Part shown: positions 63,446 to 64,000 of the stretch, in pieces
How the letters are laid out: each line of letters opens with the position of its first letter
How positions within the stretch are numbered: position 1 is the first letter of the stretch
Assembly (NCBI GenBank): GCA_964057225.1
Contig: OZ059900.1
Location: 14,384,001-14,448,000 of the forward strand
DNA: 64,000 nt
Origin: Auanema rhodensis
Lineage: Eukaryota; Animalia; Nematoda
Direction of reading: 5' to 3'
Position numbers and translations under genes: made by a program
The notes under the pieces: model-generated
Seen by the model: the letters and a program-made list of their open reading frames with translations, nothing else
The model's database searches: none
Told to the model about the DNA's origin: nothing

Positions 63446-64000
63446 TTAAAATCTTCTATCAAAACAAAGATTTCTAAGAATATAGAAAAACTTGGTTGTT
63501 GTATCTATTATGATTTTAATAGTACGGAAAGCTGTGATCAAGAAAAAATAAATGGCTGGAGTACAACCTAGGTATCCCAAAAAACATATGATGATCAGAA
63601 AAACAACGCAGATTGAAAACATCATCCAGTGTTCTTTAAAAAGTTTCAAAAAAGGAATTATGTCAGGTATTATAACTGAATTCTGATTTGAATGAATTTC
63701 ATTTGGTTCATTAGTAGATGAATTAAAATATAATTGTCCCGTTACAATTATATCAATTTTTTCATGATTACATTTAGTATGACAAACTTCATTTATAATT
63801 GAATTATCTCTTTTAATATTGATATTTGTAATTTCATTGAAGGGTGAACATTTAATCATGAATACATCTTTTGAACACTCGATCGGTATCCATGTTTCTT
63901 TAGATGACATACAAGAAAACAATGCAGATGCACCCTGCCCACAGGAATAACATCCGGAGAGACTGATCAATAAGGGACGACAAGGTATATCATAGGAAAA
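63446..64000 (-). CDS. env: C-terminal part of the Gc-like envelope (partial, open at the window edge)
   Basis: The translation is identical to the C-terminus of ORF 33752-38452. Confidence 0.93.
   Translation of the reverse strand, partial: FSYDIPCRPLLISLSGCYSCGQGASALFSCMSSKETWIPIECSKDVFMIKCSPFNEITNINIKRDNSIINEVCHTKCNHEKIDIIVTGQLYFNSSTNEPNEIHSNQNSVIIPDIIPFLKLFKEHWMMFSICVVFLIIICFLGYLGCTPAIYFFLITAFRTIKIIIDTTTKFFYILRNLCFDRRF

Larger units (their letters stand above)
63031..64000 (-). mobile_element. Second independent insertion of the BEL/Pao element (3' LTR and env C-terminus; continues beyond the window)
   Basis: Reverse complement of 37898-38865 with few differences. The insertion point (after cactgtctc) and the orientation both differ from the first insertion. 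Confidence 0.96.

Overview
AT-rich eukaryotic DNA, almost certainly from a nematode judging by the tRNA sequence and the retroelement types. About 70% of the window is a tandem array of a 438-439 bp unit. Each unit carries one 72-nt tRNA-Asp(GTC) gene followed by a T5 Pol III terminator. I count roughly 100 full copies, mostly on the minus strand, with higher-order repeat structure and a 4 kb inverted block at 20923-24969. The recurring 60-aa ORF is a by-product of the tRNA. Two unrelated envelope-encoding LTR retroelements sit in the array. (1) A BEL/Pao element with a phlebovirus-Gc-like envelope is present as a full copy (30183-38865, TGAAA target-site duplication), a truncated inverted duplicate of that same insertion (23019-24412), and a second independent insertion starting at 63031 that runs off the window. 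Both independent insertions lie 63 and 72 bp upstream of a tRNA gene. The full copy has asymmetric LTRs (72 vs 305 bp). Besides a tRNA-Gly PBS, the long LTR has a 16-nt stretch complementary to the D-arm of the same tRNA-Gly. (2) A doubly truncated Ty3/gypsy-like element (54557-62255) has a tRNA-Gln PBS and the unusual single-frame order Gag - signal peptide - gB/chuvirus-like class III glycoprotein - TM - protease - RT. Several rearrangement breakpoints fall within about 4 bp of each other in the tRNA T-loop. All family assignments come from motifs recognised by eye; no database search was run.
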